From positions 1,344,001-1,408,000 of the forward strand of contig CAWCKH010000004.1 in NCBI GenBank assembly GCA_963796055.1: DNA of 64,000 bases, given 5' to 3'. A program made the position numbers and the translations under genes. The notes below the pieces were generated by a model, which did not search any database, was not told the DNA's origin, and saw only the letters and a program-made list of their open reading frames with translations. Origin of the DNA: an uncultured delta proteobacterium. Its GTDB lineage: Bacteria > Myxococcota > Myxococcia > Myxococcales > Myxococcaceae. Below, in pieces: positions 12,417-21,770 of this stretch (positions are counted from its first letter, which is position 1; each line of letters begins with the position of its first letter).

Positions 12417-12767
12417 TTGGCCGCGGCGTTTCCCAGGGAGGCTCGCCTCCTCAAGCGCCGCGACTTCCTGGAGGTCCAGGAACGGGGAAGGAAGGTGACC
12501 GCCGGTCCTCTGCTGGGGCTGGTGGTGGCGAGCCCGGACGGAGCGTCCCGGCTCGGACTCACGGTGTCGAGCAAGGTGGGGACGGCGGTGGTGCGAAACG
12601 CCGTCAGACGTCGGCTGCGCGAGCTGTTTCGCAAGCGGCGCGACCGATGGCCAGGAGGAATGCACCTGGTGGTGGTGGCCCGTCCGAGTGCCAGGGAAGC
12701 CAGCTACGCGGCGCTGGAGCGCGCCGCGGATGCCCTGCTCTCCGCGTTAGAGAACTCACTCCGTTGA
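12417..12767 (+). CDS. rnpA: RNase P protein component
   Basis: [25 protein letters not shown]; synteny. Confidence 0.93.
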   Translation: MAAAFPREARLLKRRDFLEVQERGRKVTAGPLLGLVVASPDGASRLGLTVSSKVGTAVVRNAVRRRLRELFRKRRDRWPGGMHLVVVARPSAREASYAALERAADALLSALENSLR

Positions 12768-13000
12768 AGCTGCTCGCCTTCCTGCTCTCCTTGCCCGTCC
12801 ACCTCTACCGGTGGACCCTCTCCCCGCTGCTGCCGCGGGCGTGCCGGTTCCATCCGTCGTGCTCGGCGTATGCCCTCGAGGCGCTGCGGGAGCACGGGCC
12901 GTTCCGCGGCTTCCTCCTCGCCGTACGCCGGCTCGGCCGGTGTCATCCCTTCAACCCCGGGGGGCTCGATCCCGTCCCGCCCCGCCCAGGGAGGATCTGA
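12764..13000 (+). CDS. yidD: membrane protein insertion efficiency factor
   Basis: [23 protein letters not shown]. Confidence 0.93.
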   Translation: MKLLAFLLSLPVHLYRWTLSPLLPRACRFHPSCSAYALEALREHGPFRGFLLAVRRLGRCHPFNPGGLDPVPPRPGRI

Positions 13001-13005
13001 ATCTC

Positions 13006-14751
13006 GTGGAGAACAATTCCCAGAAACGCACGGCGGTGGCCTTCGGCCTCATCGCCCTGCTGACCATCGTCTACATGACCTGGTTCGCCCCGCACGCGCC
13101 GCCGCCCTCTACCGTGGTTGCCGCAGGCGATGCGGGGACGGTGGCCGCTGCTCCGGCCGCTCCCGCACCGGTGACCGCGGAGGCCTCCCCGCCACGCACA
13201 TCGGATCGCGAGCCGTCCGCGGGCCCGGCGGTCCGCACCATCGAGGTGCTCCGGAAGCAGGCCCGCTACACCTTCTCCACCGAGGGCGCCGGCCTGGTCT
13301 CCGCTCTGCTGCTGGGCGAGAAGACCCGCGAGCAGGTGCACCTCACCGTTCCCCAAGGCTGGGCACAGCTGCTGGGCAAGCCGGTGCCGAAGGGCCCGCC
13401 GATGAACATGGCGCAGCCGGTCCCCGGAGGGGCGCTGCCGCTCTCGATCGAGCTGGCGGGGGAGGCTGCGGTGCCGGCCACGCTGCGCTACTCGGCCGAG
13501 CAGGGAGACCATCGGATCACCTTCGTGGGCCGCACCGAGAGCTGGGAAGTGACCAAGGAGGTCTCGTGGGTCGACGACGGGTACGAGCTCTCGACCCGGG
13601 TGACCTTGCGGAACCTCTCCGGGCGTCCACTCTCCGGTGAGCTGGTGCTCCCGTACTCGCGGGCGATCGATCCGGCGCACGAGGAGAAGCCGAGCTTCTT
13701 CGGAGGGGTGGGCAACGTCTCCGACTCGGCGTGCTTCGTGAAGGACAGCTACGAGCACGAGACGGTGAAGGACACGACCCAGACCAAGGAGTTCACCGGC
13801 CCGGTGCGCTGGGTGGGCATCAACCAGCAGTACTTCCTCTCGGCGATCTTCCCGGTGGGTTCTGCGGTCGACGGGAAGTGCGTCCTCACCACCTCGCCCA
13901 CCGAGCGCGTCGCGACTGCGCGCTTCCCGGTGCAGGTCGGTCCCGGGCAGTCGGTGACCAGGTCCTTCGGCGCGTTCCTCGGGCCGAAGGAGACCGAGAT
14001 GCTCGCCGCGGTGCCCACGCTTCCCGCCAACCGCTCCCCGGAGGCGGTCGCCCCGGTCCATCTCGAGCGGGGCGTGGACTACGGAATCTGGGCCGCGCTC
14101 TGCAAGCCGCTGCTGGTGGTCCTGAGGTGGTTCCACGCCATCGTCCGCAACTGGGGCGTGGCGATCATCCTCCTCACCGTTCTGGTGAAGGTGCTGCTCA
14201 TCCCCCTGACCCACCGGGCGATGGTCGGTCAGGAGGCGATGAAGAAGCTCCAGCCGAAGATCGAGGAGCTGAAGCGGAAGTTTCCGGAGGACAAGGAACG
14301 CCAGCAGATGGAGATGATGAAGGCCTACCAGGAGGCAGGGGTGAACCCCTTCGGGTCGTGCCTGATGATCCTGGTCCAGCTGCCGGTGTGGGCCGCCCTC
14401 TTCACCACCCTGCGGAACAGCTACGAGCTGTACCTCGAGCCGTTCACCTCGCACTTCATCATCGACCTGACCATCAAGGACCCCACCTATCTGCTCCCCG
14501 CCCTGCTGGGCGTCTCGCAGGTCATCACCAGCCGTCTCCAGCCGCCGGCGCTCGATCCGGCACAGCAGCGGATGATGGTGTGGTTCATGCCGATCTTCTT
14601 CACGGTGATCATGCTGAACTACCCGGCGGGCCTGCTCCTCTACATCTTTACCAACAACTTCCTCACGGTGGTGCAGCAGGCGGTGCTCAGGCGAATGGTC
14701 GGCAGCACGCCGACCCCCCCGCTGAAGCCCGCGCTGGAGAAGCGGAAGTGA
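13006..14751 (+). CDS. yidC: membrane protein insertase YidC
   Basis: NWGVAIILLT, GVNPFGSC, DPTYLLP, PAGLLLY. Confidence 0.95.
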   Translation: MENNSQKRTAVAFGLIALLTIVYMTWFAPHAPPPSTVVAAGDAGTVAAAPAAPAPVTAEASPPRTSDREPSAGPAVRTIEVLRKQARYTFSTEGAGLVSALLLGEKTREQVHLTVPQGWAQLLGKPVPKGPPMNMAQPVPGGALPLSIELAGEAAVPATLRYSAEQGDHRITFVGRTESWEVTKEVSWVDDGYELSTRVTLRNLSGRPLSGELVLPYSRAIDPAHEEKPSFFGGVGNVSDSACFVKDSYEHETVKDTTQTKEFTGPVRWVGINQQYFLSAIFPVGSAVDGKCVLTTSPTERVATARFPVQVGPGQSVTRSFGAFLGPKETEMLAAVPTLPANRSPEAVAPVHLERGVDYGIWAALCKPLLVVLRWFHAIVRNWGVAIILLTVLVKVLLIPLTHRAMVGQEAMKKLQPKIEELKRKFPEDKERQQMEMMKAYQEAGVNPFGSCLMILVQLPVWAALFTTLRNSYELYLEPFTSHFIIDLTIKDPTYLLPALLGVSQVITSRLQPPALDPAQQRMMVWFMPIFFTVIMLNYPAGLLLYIFTNNFLTVVQQAVLRRMVGSTPTPPLKPALEKRK

Positions 14752-15458
14752 AAGACTCACAGGTGGCGGTGGCGGTGAGTGCCGTGGACGATCGACGGGC
14801 ACAGGTGGTGGCGGTCGTGGAGCAGCTGCTCCGGAGCATGGACGTCCCGGCGACGCTGGACACCCGGGATCTTCCCGACGGGAGCATCAGCATCTCGGTG
14901 ACTCCCGCGGTCGAGCTCACCGGGATGGCGGTGGGTCGGCGCTCGCCGCTGGGCGATGCGCTGCAGTACCTGGTGAACAAGCTGGTCAACAAGCCCGGCC
15001 AGGAGCGGCGCTGGGTGGCGGTCGGCCTCGGCGGACACCCGGAGCCACGCGGGCCGAAGCCTCCGCGCGCGTCCGAGGGCGCGCCTCCGCCGATGACCAA
15101 CGGCAGCCCGCCGACGCCGTCCCCGTCCTCCCGTCCAGCTGCGCCAGGCAGGTACGCGCCCCCGGCCCGCGCGCCCGAGGCGGACGAGCGTTCCTTGGCG
15201 ACGGAGGACGATCCGGCGTTCGATGCTTCGGCGCGTGCCCTCGCCGAACGCTCGGCGAGCTCCGGTCGGGTGTACGCGGTGGTGACCCTGGGGGCGATCG
15301 AACGCGGGCGGCTGCTGAAGGCCGTCGACGGCGTGGGCGGGGTGAGCGCGCGCGCCGAGGGCGAGGGTCGCCTCCGCCGGGTGGTGGTGACGCCGGACAA
15401 GGTGGTGCCGATGCCGCGGCAGCGGCTTCCCGTCGACGATCTGCCGGACGACGAGTGA
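14748..15458 (+). CDS. Jag/KhpB-like protein with degenerate KH and R3H domains
   Basis: Position after yidC; GRRSPLGDALQYLVNK and ERGRLL..EGEGRLRRVVV. Confidence 0.7.
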   Translation: MKDSQVAVAVSAVDDRRAQVVAVVEQLLRSMDVPATLDTRDLPDGSISISVTPAVELTGMAVGRRSPLGDALQYLVNKLVNKPGQERRWVAVGLGGHPEPRGPKPPRASEGAPPPMTNGSPPTPSPSSRPAAPGRYAPPARAPEADERSLATEDDPAFDASARALAERSASSGRVYAVVTLGAIERGRLLKAVDGVGGVSARAEGEGRLRRVVVTPDKVVPMPRQRLPVDDLPDDE

Positions 15459-15691
15459 GCCCAGGAGGGCGCACGGTGGGGAAGCCGAAGGGACTCAGGG
15501 ACAGGCTGTTCGGGGCCGCGGTGCTGAAGATGAGCTTCCGCCTCCGGGGCGACGAGAAGTCGCCGGCGTTCAAGGGCATCTACCCCGGCGTGCTGCGGGA
15601 CCTGGAGCTCGAGGACGAGGCGGTCGAGCAGTACATCGAGCAGAACCGGGCCGCGGTGGAGGCGGCGGCGCGCGGCAAGCCGCCAGCCTGA
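15455..15691 (+). CDS. small hypothetical protein
   Basis: GTGA overlap with the upstream stop; coding-like codon usage. Confidence 0.65.
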   Translation: MSPGGRTVGKPKGLRDRLFGAAVLKMSFRLRGDEKSPAFKGIYPGVLRDLELEDEAVEQYIEQNRAAVEAAARGKPPA

Positions 15692-15806
15692 GACGCGTCC
15701 GTCCCAGCTCCGGGCCGGCGATCCCACGACCGAGACGTCCTCGCCCCGGGAGTCCTGGCTTCTACGGGTGTCGTCGGTGGCACGGTTCTGGCCTGCGGCG
15801 AGGGCC

Positions 15807-18230
15807 ATGACCGGCTGGCTCGCCGACCTCCGCATCGCGCTCCGTCTTCTGCGTCGTCGCCCCGGCTGGACGGCCTCGGTCCTGGTGACTCTGGCCCTGG
15901 CGATCGGCGCCAACTCCGCGCTGTTCAGCGTGCTGGACGCCGCGCTGCTCCAGCCGATGCCGTACCCGGCGCCCGAACGCCTGGTGCTCATCGGCGAGAC
16001 CACGCCCTCGTTCGAGCAGATGTCGGTCAGCTACCCCGACTACGTCGACTGGCGCGCGCGCACCAGCTCCTTCGACGAGATGGGCGTCTACCGGAGGGCC
16101 GAGGTGAATCTGACCGGCGAAGGTGCGCCGAGGCGCGCGACGGTCATCCAGGCCTCGGCGAGCTACTTCCGCGCGCTGGGCGTTCCGACGCTCGCGGGCC
16201 GGACCTTCGAGGAGGAGGAGGATCGTCCGGGGGGCGCCCCGGTGGTCGTGCTCACCGAGGACCTGGCGCGGAAGCTCTACGGGCAGCCCGGAGCTGCCCT
16301 CGGCCGCTCGCTCCAGGTGGACGGGACGCCGTCGACGGTCGTCGGGGTGATGCCCAGCACGCTCCGGGTGACTGGGCGGCCGGAGCTCTGGTCCCCGGTG
16401 GGGCAGCGAATGCTGGGGCGAACCGCCGAGCGGGGAAACCATCCGGGACTGACCGCCATCGCCCGGCTCAGGAAGGGAGTCTCCTTCGGCGAGGGTCGGC
16501 TCGATCTGGAGACCGTCGGGCGCGCGCTCCAGGAGGCGTACAAGGAGAACCGGGCGGTGCTCCCGCGCCCCGAGCCAATGCAGCAGAGCCTCACCGAGGA
16601 CGTCCGCGGCTCGCTCTGGCTCCTGATGGGCGCGGTGGTGCTGGTGCTGCTCATCGCCGCGGCGAACGTCGGGAGCCTGCTCCTGGCGCGCGGAACGGGC
16701 CGGATCCGGGAGCTCGCGATCCGTGGGGCGCTGGGGGCCGGACGTCCCCGCCTGGTGAGGCAGCTCCTCGTCGAGAGCCTGGTGCTGGCGCTGCTGGGCG
16801 GAGCCCTGGGACTGTTGCTCGCCGCGGTGGCGATGCGGGTCCTCGAGGCGCACCGGCCCTCGTCGCTCCCTGACCACGTGGCGCTGGCCCTGGACGTCCG
16901 CGTCCTCCTGTTCACCTTCGGCGCGTCGGTGGTGTGCGCGCTGCTCTTCGGGCTGGTTCCGGCGCTCATCGGGTCCAGGACGCAGCTTCACGAGACGATG
17001 CGGCAGGGGGATGCGCGGATGTCCGGTGGCCAGCACCGGCTGCGGGTGATCCTGGTGGTGGCGGAGGTGGCGCTGGCGCTGGTGCTGGTGGTGGCCGCGG
17101 GCCTCACCTCGCGCGCGCTCGCCGGCCTGCTCCATCTCGACACCGGATTCGACGGGACCGGGGTGCTCACCTTCCGGCTCTCGGTACCCGAGGCGCGGCA
17201 GCGCACCGCCCGGGACCTGAGCGTCTTCTACGAGCGGCTGATGACCGAGCTCCGCGCCCTTCCCGGGGTGGAGGACGCCAGCTACTCCACGCTGCTTCCC
17301 CTGGACGGGCCATGGGAGACCAGCTTCCGGAGCGACGCACAGGCCCAGCTGCCGCCGGAGCAGGTCCAGTTCGGGGCCTTCGGCATGGTCTCGCCGGGCT
17401 ACGCCAGGACGCTCGGGCTGCGCCTGGTGGCCGGGCGCTGGTTCGAGCCGGGCGATGTCCGGGAGCGGCAGCTGGTTAGCGTCATCGACGAGCGACTGGC
17501 GCGGGACTTCTACCCCGGTGGGGCGGTGGGCCGGCACCTGCTCTCCAATGACGGAAAGCAAAATCGTGAAATCATCGGCGTTGTCCGGCACGTGGCTGCG
17601 TACGGAGTGGTGGGCCGGGAGCCGGCCGGTCACCAGTTCTACCTCGCTGCCGAGCAGCTGTCCGAGGAGGCGTACGCCCGCAATCTCCGGTCGGTGAACG
17701 TGGCGGTGCGGAGTCGCGCCGCGCCCGGGTTGCTGCGTCCCGAGCTGGTACGGGCCGTGGGCCGGATCGATCCGGAGCTGCCGGTCTACGAGATGCGCAC
17801 CACCGAGCAGCTCCTTGGTGAATCGGTCGACGCGCAGCGGTTCGCGACGTTGCAGCTCGTGCTCTTCGCCCTGCTGGCGCTGGTGCTCGCGGTGCTCGGG
17901 CTCTACGCCGTGCTCTCGTACAGCGTGGCGCAGCGAACGCACGAGATCGGGATCCGCATGGCGCTCGGGGCCCCTCCGGCCCTGGTGCTCCGGCAGGTGG
18001 TGGGGCAGGGCCTGGCCTGGGCCGGCCTGGGGCTCGGCCTCGGTCTGGTGGGGGCAGTGGCCACGACCCGGCTCCTCCGGAGCGTGGTGGAGAATGTCCG
18101 TCCCCTCGACCCCCTCGTCTACGCGCTCACCTTGCTCGGGCTGGTGGTCAGCGCTGCGGTGGCGTCGTGGATTCCCGCGCGGCGGGCGGTCCGGGTGGAT
18201 GCATCGGTCGCGCTCCGCGACGAAGGATAG
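15807..18230 (+). CDS. duplicated MacB/FtsX-type orphan ABC permease (ADOP-like)
   Basis: LALAIGANSALFS, RELAIRGALGAG, RTHEIGIRMALGA; two-fold architecture; no ATPase adjacent. Confidence 0.9.
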   Translation: MTGWLADLRIALRLLRRRPGWTASVLVTLALAIGANSALFSVLDAALLQPMPYPAPERLVLIGETTPSFEQMSVSYPDYVDWRARTSSFDEMGVYRRAEVNLTGEGAPRRATVIQASASYFRALGVPTLAGRTFEEEEDRPGGAPVVVLTEDLARKLYGQPGAALGRSLQVDGTPSTVVGVMPSTLRVTGRPELWSPVGQRMLGRTAERGNHPGLTAIARLRKGVSFGEGRLDLETVGRALQEAYKENRAVLPRPEPMQQSLTEDVRGSLWLLMGAVVLVLLIAAANVGSLLLARGTGRIRELAIRGALGAGRPRLVRQLLVESLVLALLGGALGLLLAAVAMRVLEAHRPSSLPDHVALALDVRVLLFTFGASVVCALLFGLVPALIGSRTQLHETMRQGDARMSGGQHRLRVILVVAEVALALVLVVAAGLTSRALAGLLHLDTGFDGTGVLTFRLSVPEARQRTARDLSVFYERLMTELRALPGVEDASYSTLLPLDGPWETSFRSDAQAQLPPEQVQFGAFGMVSPGYARTLGLRLVAGRWFEPGDVRERQLVSVIDERLARDFYPGGAVGRHLLSNDGKQNREIIGVVRHVAAYGVVGREPAGHQFYLAAEQLSEEAYARNLRSVNVAVRSRAAPGLLRPELVRAVGRIDPELPVYEMRTTEQLLGESVDAQRFATLQLVLFALLALVLAVLGLYAVLSYSVAQRTHEIGIRMALGAPPALVLRQVVGQGLAWAGLGLGLGLVGAVATTRLLRSVVENVRPLDPLVYALTLLGLVVSAAVASWIPARRAVRVDASVALRDEG

Positions 18231-18528
18231 GTCAAGGCCGCCGCGGTCGAGATCCGGGTCAGGGGGTCCTCGGGCGGTATAGTCGGCGAGCTCAGGGCGG
18301 CTGCAGTCGGCGAGGTCAGGGCGGCTGCAGTCGGCGAGGTCAGGGCGGCCGGGGTCGAGATCCGGGTCAGGGGGTCCTCGGGCGGTATGGTCGGCGAGCT
18401 CAGGGCGGCTGCAGTCGGCGAGGTCAGGGCGGCTGCAGTCGGCGAGGTCAGGGCGGCCGGGGTCGAGATCCGAGTCAGGGGGTCCTCGGGCGGTATGGTC
18501 GGCGAGGTCAGGGCGGCCGCAGTCAGCT
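18228..18528 (+). repeat. hierarchical tandem array: 108-bp period = 60-bp B + 2 x 24-bp A, about 2.8 periods
   Basis: GTCGAGATCC at 18246, 18354, 18462; A = AGGTCAGGGCGGCTGCAGTCGGCG. Confidence 0.95.
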
Positions 18529-19170
18529 CCCCGATTTCCGGTAGGTGAGGAGCGTGCGAGCGTCCCCGCTCAGGGGCAGGCGAAGGCGGTCCACCTCGGG
18601 GCCGGTCCAGCCGGGCAGCTGCGCCGCAGGCGCGTCCGGCCCCGCCATGGCCACCAGCGTACCCCCGGGGCGCAGGTAGGGATTCGCGAGCGCCGCCCAG
18701 CGTGCGGGGTCCGCGAGCGCCCTGGACACGGCGACATCGAAGGATGGGAGACCCTCGGCGGTGGGATGCCCCTTCAGCGTGAGGTGGACGGCGCGCACCC
18801 GTGGCGCGAGACCCAGCTGGGCGATGGCGTGCTTGAGGAAGCCGACCTTCTTCGCCACGGCGTCGACGAGCGTGACGGTGAGATCCTCCCGGGCGATTGC
18901 CAGGGGCAGGCCGGGGAAGCCCGCGCCCGCCCCTGCATCGAGGACGGTCAGGGGTCCTGGCTCGAGGGCCCGCAGGACGGTCAGGGAGTCGAGAATGTGC
19001 TTGTCCGCCATCTCGATCGGATCGAGGATGGCCGTGAGGTTGATCCGGGAGCTCCACCGAGCGAGCTCCTCCGCCAGCCACGAGAGGGCATCCGCCTGGG
19101 CCTGGGTGAGAGGTCGCCCAAGTGCGCGGCTCCCCTTCAAGACCATTCCAGAAATTGCTGGTTTCTCCAC
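18523..19170 (-). CDS. rsmG: 16S rRNA m7G527 methyltransferase RsmG
   Basis: INLTAI..HILDSL, LDAGAGAGFPG, VSRA; GTG start 19170. Confidence 0.92.
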   Translation of the reverse strand: MEKPAISGMVLKGSRALGRPLTQAQADALSWLAEELARWSSRINLTAILDPIEMADKHILDSLTVLRALEPGPLTVLDAGAGAGFPGLPLAIAREDLTVTLVDAVAKKVGFLKHAIAQLGLAPRVRAVHLTLKGHPTAEGLPSFDVAVSRALADPARWAALANPYLRPGGTLVAMAGPDAPAAQLPGWTGPEVDRLRLPLSGDARTLLTYRKSGS

Positions 19171-19446
19171 AGGCACGGCGAAAGCTAAAGGCTGAAACCC
19201 ACTGAAACCACTGGGGGAAGCCGCTGGCACGATGTTTTCCCCAGGTCTCCCACAGCGTGGCCCGCGGCACCTCAGGGAGGTGCTGCAGGTCGCGGCGGAG
19301 CGTGCGGCCGATTGTCCTGCTGCTTGCTCTAAGGTGTGAGGAGCCCGGTGTCCCCCCGAGCGCCGAACTCCTCTGCCACGACTCGCCACGAAATACCAGT
19401 GGCCTTGTTTCCCAGAGGACACTCGGGGCGTTCGCCCGGGCTCCGA

Positions 19447-19462
19447 GGTTCCACGTGGAACG
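19447..19462. promoter_or_regulatory. parS: parS centromere site
   Basis: Palindrome GTTCCACGTGGAAC about 100 bp upstream of parA. Confidence 0.9.
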
Positions 19463-19568
19463 TCCATGACCGCCCGGCTCGAGCAAGCAGCCGTGCCGGA
19501 CTGAACTTGCCCTGTCATCCCACCGTGCTACGCCCGCATCCAGCTGCACTGAACGCAGAGGAGGCCGC

Positions 19569-20357
19569 GTGGGACGCGTCATCTGCATCTCGAACCAGAA
19601 AGGCGGGGTGGGGAAGACCACCACGGCCATCAACCTGGCCGCCAGCCTCGCCTCCGCCGAGCGGAAGGTGCTCCTGGTCGACATGGACCCGCAGGGGAAC
19701 GCCGGCAGCGGCCTGGGGCTCAAGCGGGAGGGACTGAACGGGACCGTGTACGACGCGCTTCTCGGCGATCGGCCGATGGTCGAGCTGGTCCACCCCACCG
19801 AGCTCCGGTTCCTGCAGGTCGTCCCGTCGACGCCCGATCTCACCGGCGCGGAGATCGAGTTGGTGACCCAGCCGCGACGCGAGTTCCGGCTGCGCGAGGC
19901 GCTGCGCCCGGTGGTGACCGCTTACGACTACATTCTGGTCGACTGTCCGCCGTCTCTGGGACTGCTGACGCTCAATGCGCTCACCGCGGCCGATTCGGTC
20001 CTGATTCCGCTGCAGTGCGAGTACTACGCGCTCGAGGGCCTCTCCCAGCTGATGCAGACAGTCGAGCTGGTCCGGCGCGGTCTCAATCCGTCCCTGGCAA
20101 CGGAGGGGATACTCCTCACCATGTTCGACGTTCGCGCGAACATCGCCCACCAGGTCGCCAGCGACGTCCGAGCGTACTTCAAGGACCTGGTCTTCGAGGC
20201 GGTCGTCCCCCGCAACGTCCGCCTGAGCGAGTGCCCGAGCTTCGGGAAGCCCATCCTGCTCTACGACATCAAGTCGAAGGGCTGCGAAAGCTACCTCGCC
20301 CTGGGACATGAGATTCTGCGGCGCGATCAGGGTCCCACCGATCGGCGGGCCGCCTGA
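19569..20357 (+). CDS. parA: chromosome partitioning ATPase ParA
   Basis: NQKGGVGKTTT, DMDPQGN, DCPPSLG, QCEYYALEG. Confidence 0.96.
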   Translation: MGRVICISNQKGGVGKTTTAINLAASLASAERKVLLVDMDPQGNAGSGLGLKREGLNGTVYDALLGDRPMVELVHPTELRFLQVVPSTPDLTGAEIELVTQPRREFRLREALRPVVTAYDYILVDCPPSLGLLTLNALTAADSVLIPLQCEYYALEGLSQLMQTVELVRRGLNPSLATEGILLTMFDVRANIAHQVASDVRAYFKDLVFEAVVPRNVRLSECPSFGKPILLYDIKSKGCESYLALGHEILRRDQGPTDRRAA

Positions 20358-21253
20358 TGACCATCCCCTCCATGCCCACCGGCCCCTCCGACCGCACCCC
20401 GAAGCGCGCGCTCGGCCGAGGCCTTTCGGCCCTGATTCCGCAGGCATCTGTTCCCGTCCAGGGCGAGCTGCCCCCGTCGACGGGCATCGCCCGCATCCCG
20501 GTCGAGCGCATCCAGCGCGATCCGGCGCAGCCCAGAAGGACGTTCGACGAGGCCAAGCTCCGGGAGCTGGCTGAGTCAATCCGGACCCAGGGCGTCATCC
20601 AACCGGTTCTGGTGCGCCGTGACGGTGCGGACTACCGCCTCATCGCGGGCGAGCGCCGGTGGCGGGCGGCCCAGCTCGCGGGTCTGCACGACGTGCCGGC
20701 GGTGGTCCGGGATGTCACCGCGGCCGAGGCGTTCGAGCTCGCCCTGGTGGAGAACCTCCAGCGGACCGACCTGAACCCGCTCGAGGAGGCCGAGGGATAT
20801 CGGCGGCTCATCCAGGAGTTCGGGCTCACGCAGGATCAGGTGGGCGAGCGTGTGGGCCGCGACCGCACCAGCGTCGCGAACGCGCTGCGGCTGCTGCAGC
20901 TGCCGGACGGGGTGAAGGAGCTGCTCGCCTCGGGTGCGCTGGGGATGGGCCACGCCCGCGCCCTGCTCGGGATGGGCACCGGGTCTGCGCTGGTGGAGGC
21001 CGCCGAGCGCATCGTCCGCGAGCAGCTCTCGGTGCGCGAGACCGAACGCATCGTCCGCACGGCGCGCGTTCCCTCGGCCGCACCATCGCGAAAGCCTGCG
21101 GGCAGCACGGCCGCGCGGGCGGTCGTGGAGGACTTGCAGCGACGGCTGGGGACGAAGGTGCGACTCGAGGATCGCGGTGGGAAGGGAACGCTGGAGATCG
21201 ACTTCTTCTCGTACGAGGACCTGGAGCGTATTCTCGCGCTGCTGCGGCGGTGA
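20357..21253 (+). CDS. parB: chromosome partitioning protein ParB
   Basis: LGRGLSAL, GERRWRA, ENLQR, HTH. Confidence 0.96.
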   Translation: MTIPSMPTGPSDRTPKRALGRGLSALIPQASVPVQGELPPSTGIARIPVERIQRDPAQPRRTFDEAKLRELAESIRTQGVIQPVLVRRDGADYRLIAGERRWRAAQLAGLHDVPAVVRDVTAAEAFELALVENLQRTDLNPLEEAEGYRRLIQEFGLTQDQVGERVGRDRTSVANALRLLQLPDGVKELLASGALGMGHARALLGMGTGSALVEAAERIVREQLSVRETERIVRTARVPSAAPSRKPAGSTAARAVVEDLQRRLGTKVRLEDRGGKGTLEIDFFSYEDLERILALLRR

Positions 21254-21340
21254 GGCCGCGGCGCTCATGGAGCCCGCCCCGCCGCTCGTCACTCGAGCGA
21301 CTTCCGGGCTTCGCCTCCAGGACACGGAATGAGGAACCCG

Positions 21341-21766
21341 ATGGCGGTGCTGAAGCGCGAGGAGGAGAACGTGGTGGTTCGCGGTGGTGACGTGCACACG
21401 CTGCTCGGCAAGGGAAGCGAGTTCGAGGGGAAGCTCACCTTCGAGGGACAGGTGCGGATCGACGGGAAGTTCTCCGGGCAGATCTTCACCAAGGACACCC
21501 TGGTCATCGGTGAGGGCGCTCGGGTGAACGCCGAGATCAACGCCGGCACCGTCATCGTCAATGGCGTGGTGGAGGGAAACATCCGCGCCACCCAGCTCAT
21601 CGAGCTCCACACCCCGGGGCGGGTGAAGGGAAACATGGAGTGCCCGTCGCTCAGCATCGACAAGGGCGTCATGTTCGAGGGTTCCTGCAAGATGGAGAGC
21701 ACGAAGGGCAGCCCCACCCCCACGCCGCTCGCGCCATCGGGCGCCCCCGAGCTCCCCAAGCGGTGA
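21341..21766 (+). CDS. bacM: bactofilin, BacM-like
   Basis: HTLLGKGSEFEGKLTFEGQVRIDG; directly after parB as in Myxococcus; start could be 21329. Confidence 0.85.
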   Translation: MAVLKREEENVVVRGGDVHTLLGKGSEFEGKLTFEGQVRIDGKFSGQIFTKDTLVIGEGARVNAEINAGTVIVNGVVEGNIRATQLIELHTPGRVKGNMECPSLSIDKGVMFEGSCKMESTKGSPTPTPLAPSGAPELPKR

Positions 21767-21770
21767 ATCG

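Noticed and set aside
15778..15793. GG-N10-GC sigma54-like site before the permease
   Set aside because: Weak -12 element, predicted TSS almost on the ATG, no enhancer seen
18228..18528. Possible CRISPR array
   Set aside because: The inter-repeat segments are themselves repeated, not unique spacers; no cas genes
19225..19240. TGGCACG sigma54-like site
   Set aside because: No GC at the -12 position
18119..19843. 574-aa minus-strand ORF ending in TAAALTSP repeats
   Set aside because: Off-frame overlap with rsmG and antisense to parA; openness is explained by high GC and modules in multiples of 3
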